Source of the DNA: a virus
Direction: 5' to 3' (one strand)
Length of the DNA stretch: 64,000 nt
IMG/VR virus record: IMGVR_UViG_3300024346_000007
In this document: piece by piece, positions 9,051 to 19,431 of the stretch
How the letters are laid out: each line of letters opens with the position of its first letter
Position numbering within the stretch: position 1 is the first letter of the stretch
The notes under the pieces: model-generated
What the model was told of the DNA's origin: nothing
The model's input: the letters and a program-made list of their open reading frames with translations, nothing else
Database searches by the model: none
Position numbers and translations under genes: made by a program

Positions 9051-12000
9051 TTATTTATTTGTCAAATAGTCAATTTGTTTTTGTAAATCTTCTATTTGTT
9101 TTTGTTGTTCTTTTATACCTTCTATCAACAAAGGTATTATTTTTTCATACTTAACTGCTTTATACCCACTCTCTCTTGTAGTAACTACCTCTGGTAGTAC
9201 TTTTTCAAGTTCTTGAGCTATTACCCCTACGTCATGTCCTTGGTTTCCGTGATATTCTGGGTTGGTAAGCCAGTCAAACTCAACTCCCCTTATTTCATTT
9301 ATCTTTCCTATAGCATTTGCTATTTCTGTTACATTAATCTTAAACCTTTTGTCAGATGTGCTATAAGCAACTATATCATTTGTTGCATCTATCCTTCCTC
9401 TGGTAGTGGATGGTACAATATTTCCCACAGCTAATGAACCTGTGTATATTAAAACGTTACTTCCAGACACTCTTAGTGTAGATCCTGCTGAACTATACTG
9501 TCCTAAAGTAACAGTGTAGTCTGAGAATGCTTCTATTGCAGGTAGACCTGCTATTGTATTGGCAGAGAATATAGAGTCAGATAGGTCATCTGTGATCTCA
9601 AATAATCTACCGTTATTTCCATCTACTGAGAATAGAGAAGATGATGCTAAACTTCCTGACCCTATTATGTTTACTACGTTTGTAGAGCCTGATACTTGGA
9701 GTTTTGCTGTTGGTGTTGTGGTGCCTATACCTATGTCACCACCTTGAGTCATTACGAATCTGTTGGTAGATACTGATTCGTTACCTGTAAATAAAACTAC
9801 AAAATCGACAGCATTACACTCATGGTTAACTTTTAATCCAATAGTAGTGCCTGCTGTGCTCCCAGCTCTATAGACGTGTAAATCTGCTTGCGGACTTGTA
9901 GTACCTATGCCAACATTACCTGATGGTTCTATTAATAATCTTACGTTACCTCCGGCACTTCCATTTTCATTACCTATGACAAATTTACCTGAGTTTCCCC
10001 ACCCACCTTGTCCTACTACCCAAGAAGTATTAGTAGTACTTCCAGCAGTGTCAGAATAAAATCCCATAGCAGCCTCACCATTTGTTGAGGTTGGGCTTAT
10101 TCTTACTGATCCATAAGATAAAGTTCCAGCTACATGAAGTAAAGATTGAGGACTTGTAGTACCTATACCTACGTAGCCAGCAGAGGTGATACGCACTTTT
10201 TGTGAAGGATCTGCTGCATCACTGTTGGTATAAAAATCAAGGTAACCTGCACTATTCCCATCAGTGGCATTCTCTTTTGCCCCAACAATTGAACCAAATG
10301 GTCTGTAAGATCCTGCGGTATTATATCTGCCTCCTAAATGTAACGCTCCTCCCTTTCCTGAGCCAAATGTTCTATTGTCTAAGAATATAGGCCCATTTGT
10401 TGTTGAAGCATCATAAGATACAGCAAACTTTGACAGATAAGGTGTAGTTGTTTCACCTATTAATAAACTACCACCATTAGTTTGCATGGAAATGTTTTTC
10501 CATGCAACTCCTTGATGTACGGCATTAATCTGGGCAGCATCATTTGTTGTATCGTATCCTAATACTAATGCTTTACTAGGAGTTACTGTATTTGATACCC
10601 ATAAACCATATGTAGCTTCACTATTTTGTGTTAAAGAAGGACCTACAATATGTAATTTAACTGCTGGTGATGTAGTACCTATGCCCATCTTTCCATCAGA
10701 AGCTATATAAACAGTGCCCGGAACTCCATTAGCACCGTTAAAGTATATAGGCTTAGCTGCGTATTCACCTATGTAGAAAGTACTATCTGTTTCTAATATT
10801 AGATCATTAGTACCATAGATGCTTGCGTATCCTGATAATCTGTGTACATTTAAAGCATTTGATGCTGACGCTCCACTAATGTGTAGTTTAGCGTTTGGCG
10901 TCGTGATACCAATACCGACATTATTGCCGTTATTATATATCATAGCAGTGGTATTTTCTAAAGCATTACCTGCTGCATTATATCTTGGTACATAGTACGC
11001 TGTACCTGTTATAGTAGGGCTTACACCTGATGATCCGGATGTACCAGATGATCCATTCTGACCAGATGAGCCTGAAGAACCATTTTGGCCACTAGAACCA
11101 GAAGAACCTGAAGAGCCAGAAGTGCCAGTTGAACCGCTAGAGCCTGATGACCCATTCTGACCAGATGAGCCTGAAGAACCTGTGCTACCACTTGATCCAG
11201 TAGAACCTGAAGATCCAGAAGTGCCAGTTGAGCCAGAAGATCCTGAGGAGCCAGTAGAGCCTGAAGAGCCTCTTGATCCGCTTGAACCAGATGATCCAGA
11301 AGAACCTGAAGAGCCACTAGTGCCAGAAGATCCTGCAGCACCAGAAATATTATAATATAGTTGACCAGTTGTTGGATCTATTACTACAAACTGAGTTAGG
11401 CCTGCGTTAAGAGCTAGATTTTTTATAGAAACAGAGCCAGTAACTTTAACACTGCCTGTAAATTCATGGCTGTCAGATAAATTATCACCAAATATATTAG
11501 AACCACTAGAGTATATTACAGAGGAGCTTATAGTCTGTACTATTAAAGTGTTTGCTTGAATATTACCAGTTGCAAGAATGCTTCCTGTTAGTAATAACAC
11601 CCCATTATTAAAGCTCATACTGACTGATGCTGTAGCAGCATTTGTGCTATTATCAGCTAGTAGTATTCTACCTATAGCAGGAGTATGTATTGTATTGAAA
11701 CCAGTACCAGATGATCCAGATGTACCAGATGTGCCAGTACTTCCTGAGGTTCCTGAAGAACCAGACGTTCCTGTAGATCCGCTAGAACCTGAAGTTCCGG
11801 TAGATCCAGAAGAACCAGAAGTTCCTGTTGAACCTGAGCTACCTGAAGATCCTCTAGATCCAGAAGAACCAGATGATCCTGATGTACCTGATGTACCTGT
11901 AGAACCCGAAGTTCCGCTAGTTCCAGATGAACCGTTTTGTCCAGAGGATCCAGATGTCCCTGATGATCCTGAAGTTCCAGTAGAGCCTGAAGATCCGGAG

Positions 12001-14987
12001 GTACCAGTAGACCCAGATGATCCCGAAGTTCCACTTGTGCCGGAAGAACCATTTTGACCGGATGATCCAGATGAACCGTTTTGACCAGAAGAACCAGATG
12101 AACCAGTTGAACCAGAGCTACCAGAAGTGCCAGTTGAGCCAGATGATCCTGAGGTACCTGAAGTTCCTGATGAACCGGAAGTGCCACTAGTACCAGATGA
12201 ACCGTTTTGTCCAGATGATCCTGAGGTACCGCTAGATCCAGATGAACCTGAACTACCTGAAGTACCCGAAGATCCAGAGGTACCTGTACTACCTGAAGTT
12301 CCAGATGTACCGCTAGTACCTGAGCTACCGCTTGTACCTGAACTTCCAGAGGAGCCAGATGTACCAGAAGAACCAGAAGTACCCGAAGTTCCTGAAGAAC
12401 CTGATGTACCAAAAGTTTGTCCACTAGTACCTGCTGAACCAGATGTGCCTGCTGAACCAGAGGTTCCAGTAGAACCTGACGTACCTGCAGATCCAGAAGT
12501 ACCTGAAGTGCCAGAAGATCCAGATGTGCCTGAAGTTCCGCTGCTTCCTGATGATCCTGAGGTGCCAGTACTACCTGAGGATCCTGAAGACCCTCTAGTG
12601 CCAGAGGAGCCAGATGTACCAGAAGAACCAGAAGTACCTGATGAGCCTGAGCTACCAGATGAACCAGAAGTGCCAGAGGAACCGGATGTTCCAGATGATC
12701 CTGAGGAGCCAGCTCCTGTTACGTAACTTTTAATACCGTATATTCTTAGACTTTCTACGTACCATGTGCCTGCACCTGCTGTAGCAGTAACAGATACTGT
12801 TATTGCTTGACTTGTAGTTGCTAGTTCACTATATTTTAATACAGCTCCCATAGCAAATTGATCCCCAGCACCTGTAGCATCCCCTCTTAAAACTATTGAT
12901 CTTTTTACTACACCACCATATGAAAGATTAAATGTAGCTGTTGAGTTTGTATTTGCTTGAGTTAAATAGTCAATCTCAGCTTCAGCCATAATAAAATCAT
13001 ATGTATTGGCTGAGATTGTAAATGTTTTAGCGCTTGCATTTGTTGCTGTTCCCGTTGTTTCGATTTCATCTCTATATATTAGAGCAGAAGCCGATGGTAT
13101 AGTTACTGGGTCATATGAAAAACTAGTACCAGAAGTTCCAGATGATCCATTCTGACCAGAGGAGCCGGAAGAGCCGCTTGATCCAGAAGTACCGCTTGAC
13201 CCAGAAGAACCTCTAGATCCTGAAGAGCCAGATGATCCACTAGTACCTGAACTACCTGTTTCTCCTGAGGAGCCGGATGACCCTGTTTGACCAGATGATC
13301 CACTAGTACCTGTGGTTCCTGAGGTGCCGGTAGATCCAGATGATCCAGTAGTTCCAGAAGTTCCGCTAGTACCTGTAGACCCAGATGTACCAGAAGATCC
13401 TGTTACCCCACTAGTACCTGATGATCCACCTGTGCCAGAAGTACCAGTTGATCCAGATGTGCCAGATGTACCAGTTGATCCAGAAGAGCCGCTAGTTCCG
13501 GTGGAGCCGCTAGAACCAGATGTACCAGAAGAACCTGATGAGCCTGAACTTCCTGTAGAACCTGATGAGCCGCTAGTACCTGTAGAACCTGATGTTCCAG
13601 CAGTGCCAGATGATCCAGAGGAACCATTTTGACCAGATGATCCAGAGGTTCCGGATGATCCAGAAGATCCATCTCCACCACTAGCACCTGCTAGGTTAAC
13701 TTGCCAAGAACAATAATTTCCACTTCCGACAGTTACATTTGGAATACTATATACTAACACTCCTGTAGATGGGTTATATGATACTACACTTGCTTCTTGG
13801 TAATTATTAACATCATAAGACATTAAGAAAGTCTGTGCAGTAGAATAAGACAATCCTAACTCTACAGTAATAGATCCACTTTGTCCTAAAGTTGCACAAG
13901 TAGTGGAGGTAGTTAAGTATCTATCTCCAGATCTTCCAGCTGATCCAGATGTTCCACTAGTGCCAGATGTACCTGTTGATCCAGATGTTCCACTAGTGCC
14001 AGAAGTACCAGTAGAACCTGCAGTGCCAGATGTTCCCGTAGAACCAGATGAACCAGAAGTTCCGCTTGTTCCGGTAGATCCAGATGTACCTGAGCTGCCA
14101 CTAGTTCCAGAAGAGCCAGATGAGCCGCTAGTTCCAGAAGATCCTGAGGAGCCTGAGCTACCACTAGTACCTGTTGATCCAGATGAACCAGTACTTCCTG
14201 AACTACCTGAGGTTCCAGTTGAACCGGATGAACCAGTAGATCCAGAAGAGCCAGTAGATCCAGACGTACCTGTTGAACCGCTAGAGCCTGTTGATCCAGA
14301 TGTGCCACCACTTCCAGAAGAACCAGAAGTGCCTGATGTGCCACCACTTCCAGAAGAGCCTGAGGTTCCGGATGAACCAGATGTGCCGTCACTTCCAGTA
14401 GATCCGGAGGTTCCACTAGTTCCAGATGTTCCGCTAGCCCCACTGGATGAGTATTTGAACTCTCCAGTAATGGGATCTACTACAACAAATAAATCAGCAC
14501 TGCTTGTATATTGTAAGTGTGGATCATATATTGATCCTGATATATATAAAGATCCTGTAAATTCATGTGTATCATCTATGGTATCTCCAAATTTAGTAGA
14601 TCCAGATGCATATATTATTGACGAAGATTGATAAGTAACTATCAACATATCAATAGAAGCAGTACCACGTAGTACTAAATCTCCATATATAGACTGACTA
14701 CCATAAAAAATATTAGACCCCGTGGTAGCTAAAGATTCAGATTTTGCTACAAATACAGGATCTACTTCATCAAAATGAGATGCAGATATTGCATAACTTG
14801 CACTTATAGCCCATGATGCTGTTTGAGATACTCCTTCAAAAGACCCTGAGAAGGTTCCATTAAAAGAGCCTGTAAATGATCCTGTAAAAGAAGAGCTAAC
14901 AGAGTTAGCTACGATTGTATTGTATACCGTAACATTGTTATATGTAGCATTCCCATCCTGAGGGGTTATCTGGAGCCAAGTAGCCAT
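9051..14987 (-). CDS. Long tail fibre with Gly-Ser/Thr collagen-like repeats, GIGTTxP repeats and a C-terminal peptidase S74 intramolecular chaperone
   Basis: Four (G-S/T-S)n tracts; repeated GNVGIGTTSP; C-terminal SDKRFKINV...RGVEFDW...GVIAQE...VKYEKIIPLLIEGIKE plus coiled coil. Confidence 0.85.
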   Translation of the reverse strand: MATWLQITPQDGNATYNNVTVYNTIVANSVSSSFTGSFTGSFNGTFSGSFEGVSQTASWAISASYAISASHFDEVDPVFVAKSESLATTGSNIFYGSQSIYGDLVLRGTASIDMLIVTYQSSSIIYASGSTKFGDTIDDTHEFTGSLYISGSIYDPHLQYTSSADLFVVVDPITGEFKYSSSGASGTSGTSGTSGSTGSDGTSGSSGTSGSSGSGGTSGTSGSSGSGGTSGSTGSSGSTGTSGSTGSSGSTGSSGSTGTSGSSGSTGSSGSTGTSGSSGSSGSSGTSGSSGSSGTSGSSGTSGSTGTSGTSGSSGSTGTSGTAGSTGTSGTSGTSGSTGTSGTSGTSGSAGRSGDRYLTTSTTCATLGQSGSITVELGLSYSTAQTFLMSYDVNNYQEASVVSYNPSTGVLVYSIPNVTVGSGNYCSWQVNLAGASGGDGSSGSSGTSGSSGQNGSSGSSGTAGTSGSTGTSGSSGSTGSSGSSGSSGTSGSSGSTGTSGSSGSTGTSGTSGSTGTSGTGGSSGTSGVTGSSGTSGSTGTSGTSGTTGSSGSTGTSGTTGTSGSSGQTGSSGSSGETGSSGTSGSSGSSGSRGSSGSSGTSGSSGSSGSSGQNGSSGTSGTSFSYDPVTIPSASALIYRDEIETTGTATNASAKTFTISANTYDFIMAEAEIDYLTQANTNSTATFNLSYGGVVKRSIVLRGDATGAGDQFAMGAVLKYSELATTSQAITVSVTATAGAGTWYVESLRIYGIKSYVTGAGSSGSSGTSGSSGTSGSSGSSGSSGTSGSSGTSGSSGTRGSSGSSGSTGTSGSSGSSGTSGTSGSSGTSGTSGSAGTSGSTGTSGSAGTSGSAGTSGQTFGTSGSSGTSGTSGSSGTSGSSGSSGTSGSSGTSGTSGTSGSTGTSGSSGTSGSSGSSGSSGTSGSSGQNGSSGTSGTSGSSGTSGTSGSSGSTGTSGSSGSTGSSGSSGQNGSSGSSGQNGSSGTSGTSGSSGSTGTSGSSGSTGTSGSSGTSGSSGQNGSSGTSGTSGSTGTSGTSGSSGSSGSRGSSGSSGSTGTSGSSGSTGTSGSSGSTGTSGSSGTSGSTGTSGTSGSSGTGFNTIHTPAIGRILLADNSTNAATASVSMSFNNGVLLLTGSILATGNIQANTLIVQTISSSVIYSSGSNIFGDNLSDSHEFTGSVKVTGSVSIKNLALNAGLTQFVVIDPTTGQLYYNISGAAGSSGTSGSSGSSGSSGSSGSRGSSGSTGSSGSSGSTGTSGSSGSTGSSGSTGSSGSSGQNGSSGSSGSTGTSGSSGSSGSSGQNGSSGSSGQNGSSGTSGSSGVSPTITGTAYYVPRYNAAGNALENTTAMIYNNGNNVGIGITTPNAKLHISGASASNALNVHRLSGYASIYGTNDLILETDSTFYIGEYAAKPIYFNGANGVPGTVYIASDGKMGIGTTSPAVKLHIVGPSLTQNSEATYGLWVSNTVTPSKALVLGYDTTNDAAQINAVHQGVAWKNISMQTNGGSLLIGETTTPYLSKFAVSYDASTTNGPIFLDNRTFGSGKGGALHLGGRYNTAGSYRPFGSIVGAKENATDGNSAGYLDFYTNSDAADPSQKVRITSAGYVGIGTTSPQSLLHVAGTLSYGSVRISPTSTNGEAAMGFYSDTAGSTTNTSWVVGQGGWGNSGKFVIGNENGSAGGNVRLLIEPSGNVGIGTTSPQADLHVYRAGSTAGTTIGLKVNHECNAVDFVVLFTGNESVSTNRFVMTQGGDIGIGTTTPTAKLQVSGSTNVVNIIGSGSLASSSLFSVDGNNGRLFEITDDLSDSIFSANTIAGLPAIEAFSDYTVTLGQYSSAGSTLRVSGSNVLIYTGSLAVGNIVPSTTRGRIDATNDIVAYSTSDKRFKINVTEIANAIGKINEIRGVEFDWLTNPEYHGNQGHDVGVIAQELEKVLPEVVTTRESGYKAVKYEKIIPLLIEGIKEQQKQIEDLQKQIDYLTNK
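11025..14440. repeat. Four low-complexity coding tracts of Gly-X-Y triplets (GSS/GTS/GST)
   Basis: Approximate tracts 13930-14440, 13130-13690, 11700-12720 and 11025-11345. Confidence 0.9.
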
Positions 14988-15019
14988 TTATACTTTTTAT
15001 TTTTGTAATCTCTCTTAGA

Positions 15020-15027
15020 TATAAATA
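15020..15027 (-). promoter_or_regulatory. Putative late-promoter motif TATTTATA (tail fibre)
   Basis: Intergenic, 32 nt before ATG 14987. Confidence 0.55.
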
Positions 15028-15038
15028 TCCAGTAACTT

Positions 15039-15272
15039 CTAAAAAGAGTTATCTCCTAGATCAATAACTTCGTTACTTCCTGTATCGGCAAATGTTCCAA
15101 GGCCTGCTATGTATATAGAACCAGAATAAATGGAGGTTGGTCCTACTTCTTGAGACCCGCTTATCACTATTGCAGGCTTTGCAGAAGAGGTCTGTATAAA
15201 AGTTGTCATGCCAGAGAAAGTAAAATCTCCAGTCATATTTTTATTAAGTTGCTTTGATCTAATTAATGCCAT
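15039..15272 (-). CDS. Small hypothetical structural protein, 77 aa
   Basis: SGS-rich beta-type sequence like the neighbouring fibre; co-oriented. Confidence 0.55.
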   Translation of the reverse strand: MALIRSKQLNKNMTGDFTFSGMTTFIQTSSAKPAIVISGSQEVGPTSIYSGSIYIAGLGTFADTGSNEVIDLGDNSF

Positions 15273-15274
15273 AG

Positions 15275-16531
15275 TTATTCAAATTTACCTACTGCTATTA
15301 TTTCATCTACGCTATCAAATGTATACCCTAATGTTGCCGTATTTACTGTTAATAAAGTACTAGCTCCTATTTCACCAAACGATATTATATGCGTTGCGTC
15401 TACAAATACTCCGTTTACAAAGAACTTGAAATCATTTATAGATGTAGCTGGTAATTGTGATGATACTGGTGGTTGCAGTATTGATGTATTAAGGAATGTT
15501 GCAGTATTTGCAGTTGTTGATGCAGGGTCTGCCTTATATGTCTTAGATGCATTTAGATATGTTATTGTAGCTGCATCTATTACATTTATCTGTGTTATAT
15601 TTGTCACGTTCACTCCTTCTGGTATGTAAGATGTTTTAGCAACAGATGGTGTAGTTCCTGTAGAATACCTTATATCCTCTACATTTTGTCCTGATGCCTC
15701 TAGTGTGAATAGTATTTGTGTTTTAGATCTGTACTTGAATGCATTAGAGGCCAAGAATCGATCTATATTGTTTGGGGTGAGGTATCCGTTCATTACGAGA
15801 GTAAAGGTGCTTATAAAGCGCCTATCGCTTCCCTCAGCTATCTCATTTGTAATAGGGAAGTTGTCAATTCTAGCTTTGAATAAAAACTTTCCAGGCTCTC
15901 CCCAATAAGCATCTGATCTAAACCCTATCGCCTCTATAATTTTATTGAGATCTTCGTAAAAAGATACGTATATATTACAAGTATATGTTAGTGTATAATA
16001 GTCAGGGACTACTACATTATAGAATTCTCTTACAGGAGCTCTATTAGTAAGGACTGCGAAGTTATCGTATTGATTTTTTTTAGTATACCTCTTCTCGTAG
16101 TTCTGATATATGTTTACTTTGTTGCCATCAAGCTTAGTTGTGAGGGACCTATTACGCTCTAAGTTGTCCCTTTTAACAGTTATTATAGGAAGTATAATTT
16201 TACCTTCCTTATCTCTGTACACTCCGTCCTTTTGTGCTGTTTTCCATCTCTCAGCATCAGCAAATATTATAGGAATGTTTTGCTTAGACCCTTCGTTTAT
16301 TACGTAAGGCTTTATGACTTCATCAAAATAATACAATATAGCACTATCTATATCTTGAAGACCTACAGATATGTTTTTTATCTCTTCTCCACGTAAAGAA
16401 TTATCATCTCCTCTTTTGTAATCTTGTATAGAGGGCTTACTTGAAGTTTCTATATAAGGATCTATCTGAGAATTTAATATTTCAGCCTCTGTTTTTGGTC
16501 TATTTTTTATGACACGCTTTTGTAGTGGCAT
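15275..16531 (-). CDS. Putative tail terminator / tail completion protein (T4 gp15-like) with C-terminal extension
   Basis: IPIIFADAERW...ILPIITVKR...VPDYYTLTY...DLNKIIEAI pattern; follows the neck genes. Confidence 0.55.
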   Translation of the reverse strand: MPLQKRVIKNRPKTEAEILNSQIDPYIETSSKPSIQDYKRGDDNSLRGEEIKNISVGLQDIDSAILYYFDEVIKPYVINEGSKQNIPIIFADAERWKTAQKDGVYRDKEGKIILPIITVKRDNLERNRSLTTKLDGNKVNIYQNYEKRYTKKNQYDNFAVLTNRAPVREFYNVVVPDYYTLTYTCNIYVSFYEDLNKIIEAIGFRSDAYWGEPGKFLFKARIDNFPITNEIAEGSDRRFISTFTLVMNGYLTPNNIDRFLASNAFKYRSKTQILFTLEASGQNVEDIRYSTGTTPSVAKTSYIPEGVNVTNITQINVIDAATITYLNASKTYKADPASTTANTATFLNTSILQPPVSSQLPATSINDFKFFVNGVFVDATHIISFGEIGASTLLTVNTATLGYTFDSVDEIIAVGKFE

Positions 16532-16532
16532 T

Positions 16533-17021
16533 TTATGTAGTTTTAATGAGGTTTAGTTTATTAACTCCAGTAAGATGCGCCTTACATATCATAGACCATG
16601 ACTCACCATACTTCTCTAGATCTGATTCTAAAGAATATTCTGGGTTCTTACCCATCACTCTTTGGTTTTCTACTACAAGATCTACTTCATAGTAAGATTC
16701 TTGCCAACATATAATGTCTCCAGCCTCAGTAACTAAATTTAAATCTATTAAATCATCTCTTAAAAATCTAAACTCTGCTGTTTGTGCTCTAGATTTACCA
16801 AAGGTTTGGTCTTCAGACACCTGTTGATCTACTAAGTATAGACAAGCTATTAATATAGGCTGGTTATACATCTTGTTTTTAGACTCTCCGTATATATTAT
16901 ACTTAGTCTCCGGTAGAGATATCTTATAATACAGCACCTCCTCAGCAATAATCCTATTTACGATTTGTCTGCTGTGATGTCTGAAAAAGGATCTTGCTCT
17001 TATTCCGCCGTATAGTGCCAT
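16533..17021 (-). CDS. Putative neck / head-closure protein (gp14-like)
   Basis: VLYY...NIYGES...FG...EAGDII; lies between the gp13-like and gp15-like genes. Confidence 0.55.
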   Translation of the reverse strand: MALYGGIRARSFFRHHSRQIVNRIIAEEVLYYKISLPETKYNIYGESKNKMYNQPILIACLYLVDQQVSEDQTFGKSRAQTAEFRFLRDDLIDLNLVTEAGDIICWQESYYEVDLVVENQRVMGKNPEYSLESDLEKYGESWSMICKAHLTGVNKLNLIKTT

Positions 17022-17410
17022 TAATCTAGTTGTATTAAAGTGTCTAGCTTGGGTTTAGCCGCAACTATGCCAACAATATTATCAATATCTTGTTTTTTAT
17101 CAGAACCCACCATAGCTTTTTTAATATACTCTAGATGTTTTTTAGGATCTTTATTGGTAATAAATTTAACCTCCACTGTACTATATTCATAGTCTGTGAG
17201 AGTTCTGTTAATTTTATCCAATCTTTCATCTCCTCTCAAGTCTACAATAGTAACACTCTTTATACCTCTTACTCTTTCTACGGCCTGTACTCTATTAAAC
17301 TTTTTTTTAAACTTAATAAGGAATACACAAGAGTACGTATGAAAAGTTTTCTTTATAGACTCTTTTCTTTCAAATCTATCTTCTATTAATATATCTATTA
17401 ACTTTACCAT
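17021..17410 (-). CDS. Hypothetical basic protein, 129 aa
   Basis: Stop/start-coupled to both neighbours; MVKLIDILIE N-terminus. Confidence 0.6.
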   Translation of the reverse strand: MVKLIDILIEDRFERKESIKKTFHTYSCVFLIKFKKKFNRVQAVERVRGIKSVTIVDLRGDERLDKINRTLTDYEYSTVEVKFITNKDPKKHLEYIKKAMVGSDKKQDIDNIVGIVAAKPKLDTLIQLD

Positions 17411-18633
17411 TATGCTATGTAAATTGGCATTGGAAAATTGATAAAAGTATCACGCATCATAGCAGCTTCTTGAGATTTTTTCTCCATCTGTTTTTGACGT
17501 GACGTATCATCTAAAGTTCCTCTAAGTTGATCAATTAAAGCACCTTTTTCAGCAGTGGCTTGATCTATTAAAGTCTGTCCGTTTATAGTAACTTCTGCTC
17601 CAGGTACTGGTATTTGGCTATACACCCCTCTTATATTTCCTAAAGTCTCTTTAGTTATAGCTAGAGCATAATCAAATATCCATTTTTTGAATATGTCATT
17701 GATTTGACTGTATACAATTGTGTGGAACGGAACATTACTTATGTTTGTGATTATATTAGCACTTCCAGGTCCTATACCTACAGTAGTTACACTTGTAGCA
17801 GACGATCCAGATATAGCTACTCCACCTCTGATCAAAGAACCCATTTCAGACTTCTTAACATATGTGAAATATAACCTCCTATCAAAAGTTGGTATTGGGA
17901 ATATCCTCAATTGATTGTTGTGTATCTCAAATGTATAAGCTGATTTTCTTATTTGATCATTGAATTCAATAGCTTGTATTTTAAGTACATCAAAATATAC
18001 AGGCATCAACATAAAGTTAATACCAGGAGACATTTGACCAAAGCCAAAAGTTTCCATCAATGATTGCAATCCTGTACCAGTTCCTGCATATGGATCAAAG
18101 TACCTTGTAATAGCTGGTGGTGCTTCGTAAAATATCCTTTTTATATCTATCTGATCTCCAGATTGAGCTGCGCCAGAAGAACTAGCCCATGCGTTTAAAT
18201 CGTAATACTGACGTCCTGAATATAAATCTATTGATCCTGTATAATAAGGTACATTTCCTCCACTTCCTACTTCACTGCCGTAATCAGCAGCTATTCTCAT
18301 TATATTTGTAAAGTTAGGCTGGATTAATGCATTATTTAAAGAACTACCAGTGGGGCTTCCCTCCATCGATAAGTAATTCTCTCTTATCTTATACTCATAT
18401 AGTTCTTTACCATATGCAGATATTGCATCTTCCAATGCAGCGTAGAAGTTGATATCTTGTAATTCTATCTCCATGATAGGATATCCCAGTCTTCTAGATG
18501 CAAATTTTACAAATTTTGGACCGTCTGCCTGAAATTGAGGATCAGCATCATAATATCCAAAAGGAGTATTACCAGATACTGGCAATAATGCTATAGATGC
18601 GTCGTAATATTGTATTTCTACTTGTCCTGCCAT
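17410..18633 (-). CDS. Neck / head-tail adaptor protein (gp13-like)
   Basis: RRLGYPIMEIEL, WIFDYALAITKETLGNIRG, IPVPGAEVTING, C-terminal PMPIYIA. Confidence 0.7.
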   Translation of the reverse strand: MAGQVEIQYYDASIALLPVSGNTPFGYYDADPQFQADGPKFVKFASRRLGYPIMEIELQDINFYAALEDAISAYGKELYEYKIRENYLSMEGSPTGSSLNNALIQPNFTNIMRIAADYGSEVGSGGNVPYYTGSIDLYSGRQYYDLNAWASSSGAAQSGDQIDIKRIFYEAPPAITRYFDPYAGTGTGLQSLMETFGFGQMSPGINFMLMPVYFDVLKIQAIEFNDQIRKSAYTFEIHNNQLRIFPIPTFDRRLYFTYVKKSEMGSLIRGGVAISGSSATSVTTVGIGPGSANIITNISNVPFHTIVYSQINDIFKKWIFDYALAITKETLGNIRGVYSQIPVPGAEVTINGQTLIDQATAEKGALIDQLRGTLDDTSRQKQMEKKSQEAAMMRDTFINFPMPIYIA

Positions 18634-18644
18634 TTATAATTCTT

Positions 18645-18658
18645 TATAAATATAAATA
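18645..18658 (-). promoter_or_regulatory. Tandem overlapping TATTTATA motifs (neck genes)
   Basis: Minus strand TATTTATATTTATA. Confidence 0.55.
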
Positions 18659-18661
18659 TCG

Positions 18662-19351
18662 CTAACTCCTGTATTGTTCAAATATAGCCAGCATAGGTTC
18701 TACTATTGGGTGCCTATGATTGGTTTGCAGGGTTATTGTGCTAAATCCTGGGATATCTTTCATATGCTTACATATAAAATCAAACCCTGAGTCTTTCTTA
18801 TTCTTAAGATCTATCTGTGCACTGTCTCCACATATAATAATCTTGGATCCTATACACAAACGTCCCATAATAAGCTCCAGTTGATTCTCAGAACAGTTTT
18901 GTGCTTCGTCTATTATGACTATGCAGTTACTGAAGTTGAACCCTCTAAGAAATCCTACTGGGATGATCTCTATCTCTCCTTCTAATACTAACTTTTCTAT
19001 CTTTTCTTTACCAGTAAGCCTATACATGTTATCATATACAGGTGCGGTAAATGGTGCCATCTTCTCATCTTTTGTACCTGGCAAGAATCCAATCTGTTCT
19101 CCGGCTGTAATAGCGGGCCTAGCTATTATAATCTTCTCAACTTCTTTCTTAAATAGCATATCTAGTGCTATTTGTGCCGCTAATAACGATTTACCACTAC
19201 CTGCCTTTCCTCTGATAACTGCAATATCGCTGTTTATTATTTTCTCTTTTGCAATCTTCTGTTCATCGTTTAATGATAACTGAAATTTGATTGGGTTTTT
19301 AGGGACTCTCTTCTGCTGAAACACGGGATCTTTGTGATGGTTTGATGACAT
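18662..19351 (-). CDS. phoH: PhoH-family ATPase
   Basis: GKAGSGKS, RPAI...IGFLPG, FLRG, IIDEAQN, GDSAQID, HRHP. Confidence 0.92.
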   Translation of the reverse strand: MSSNHHKDPVFQQKRVPKNPIKFQLSLNDEQKIAKEKIINSDIAVIRGKAGSGKSLLAAQIALDMLFKKEVEKIIIARPAITAGEQIGFLPGTKDEKMAPFTAPVYDNMYRLTGKEKIEKLVLEGEIEIIPVGFLRGFNFSNCIVIIDEAQNCSENQLELIMGRLCIGSKIIICGDSAQIDLKNKKDSGFDFICKHMKDIPGFSTITLQTNHRHPIVEPMLAIFEQYRS

Positions 19352-19363
19352 AAACTAGTTTTA

Positions 19364-19371
19364 TATAAATA
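19364..19371 (-). promoter_or_regulatory. TATTTATA motif upstream of phoH
   Basis: Lies between the MCP terminator and the phoH ATG. Confidence 0.55.
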
Positions 19372-19383
19372 GATTATAATAAT

Positions 19384-19411
19384 AAAAAAGCCGGGATAAA
19401 CCCGGCTCTTT
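19384..19411 (-). terminator. Rho-independent terminator after the major capsid gene
   Basis: Minus strand GCCGGG-TTTAT-CCCGGC followed by TTTTTT, about 25 nt after the MCP stop. Confidence 0.85.
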
Positions 19412-19431
19412 CATTTTATTTCCTCATCTGA

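Noticed and set aside
11021-14631. Long plus-strand P/E/D/V-rich ORFs and alternative-frame L/V/Q/H-rich ORFs
   Set aside because: Shadow frames of the stop-poor Gly-Ser-Thr repeats in the fibre gene
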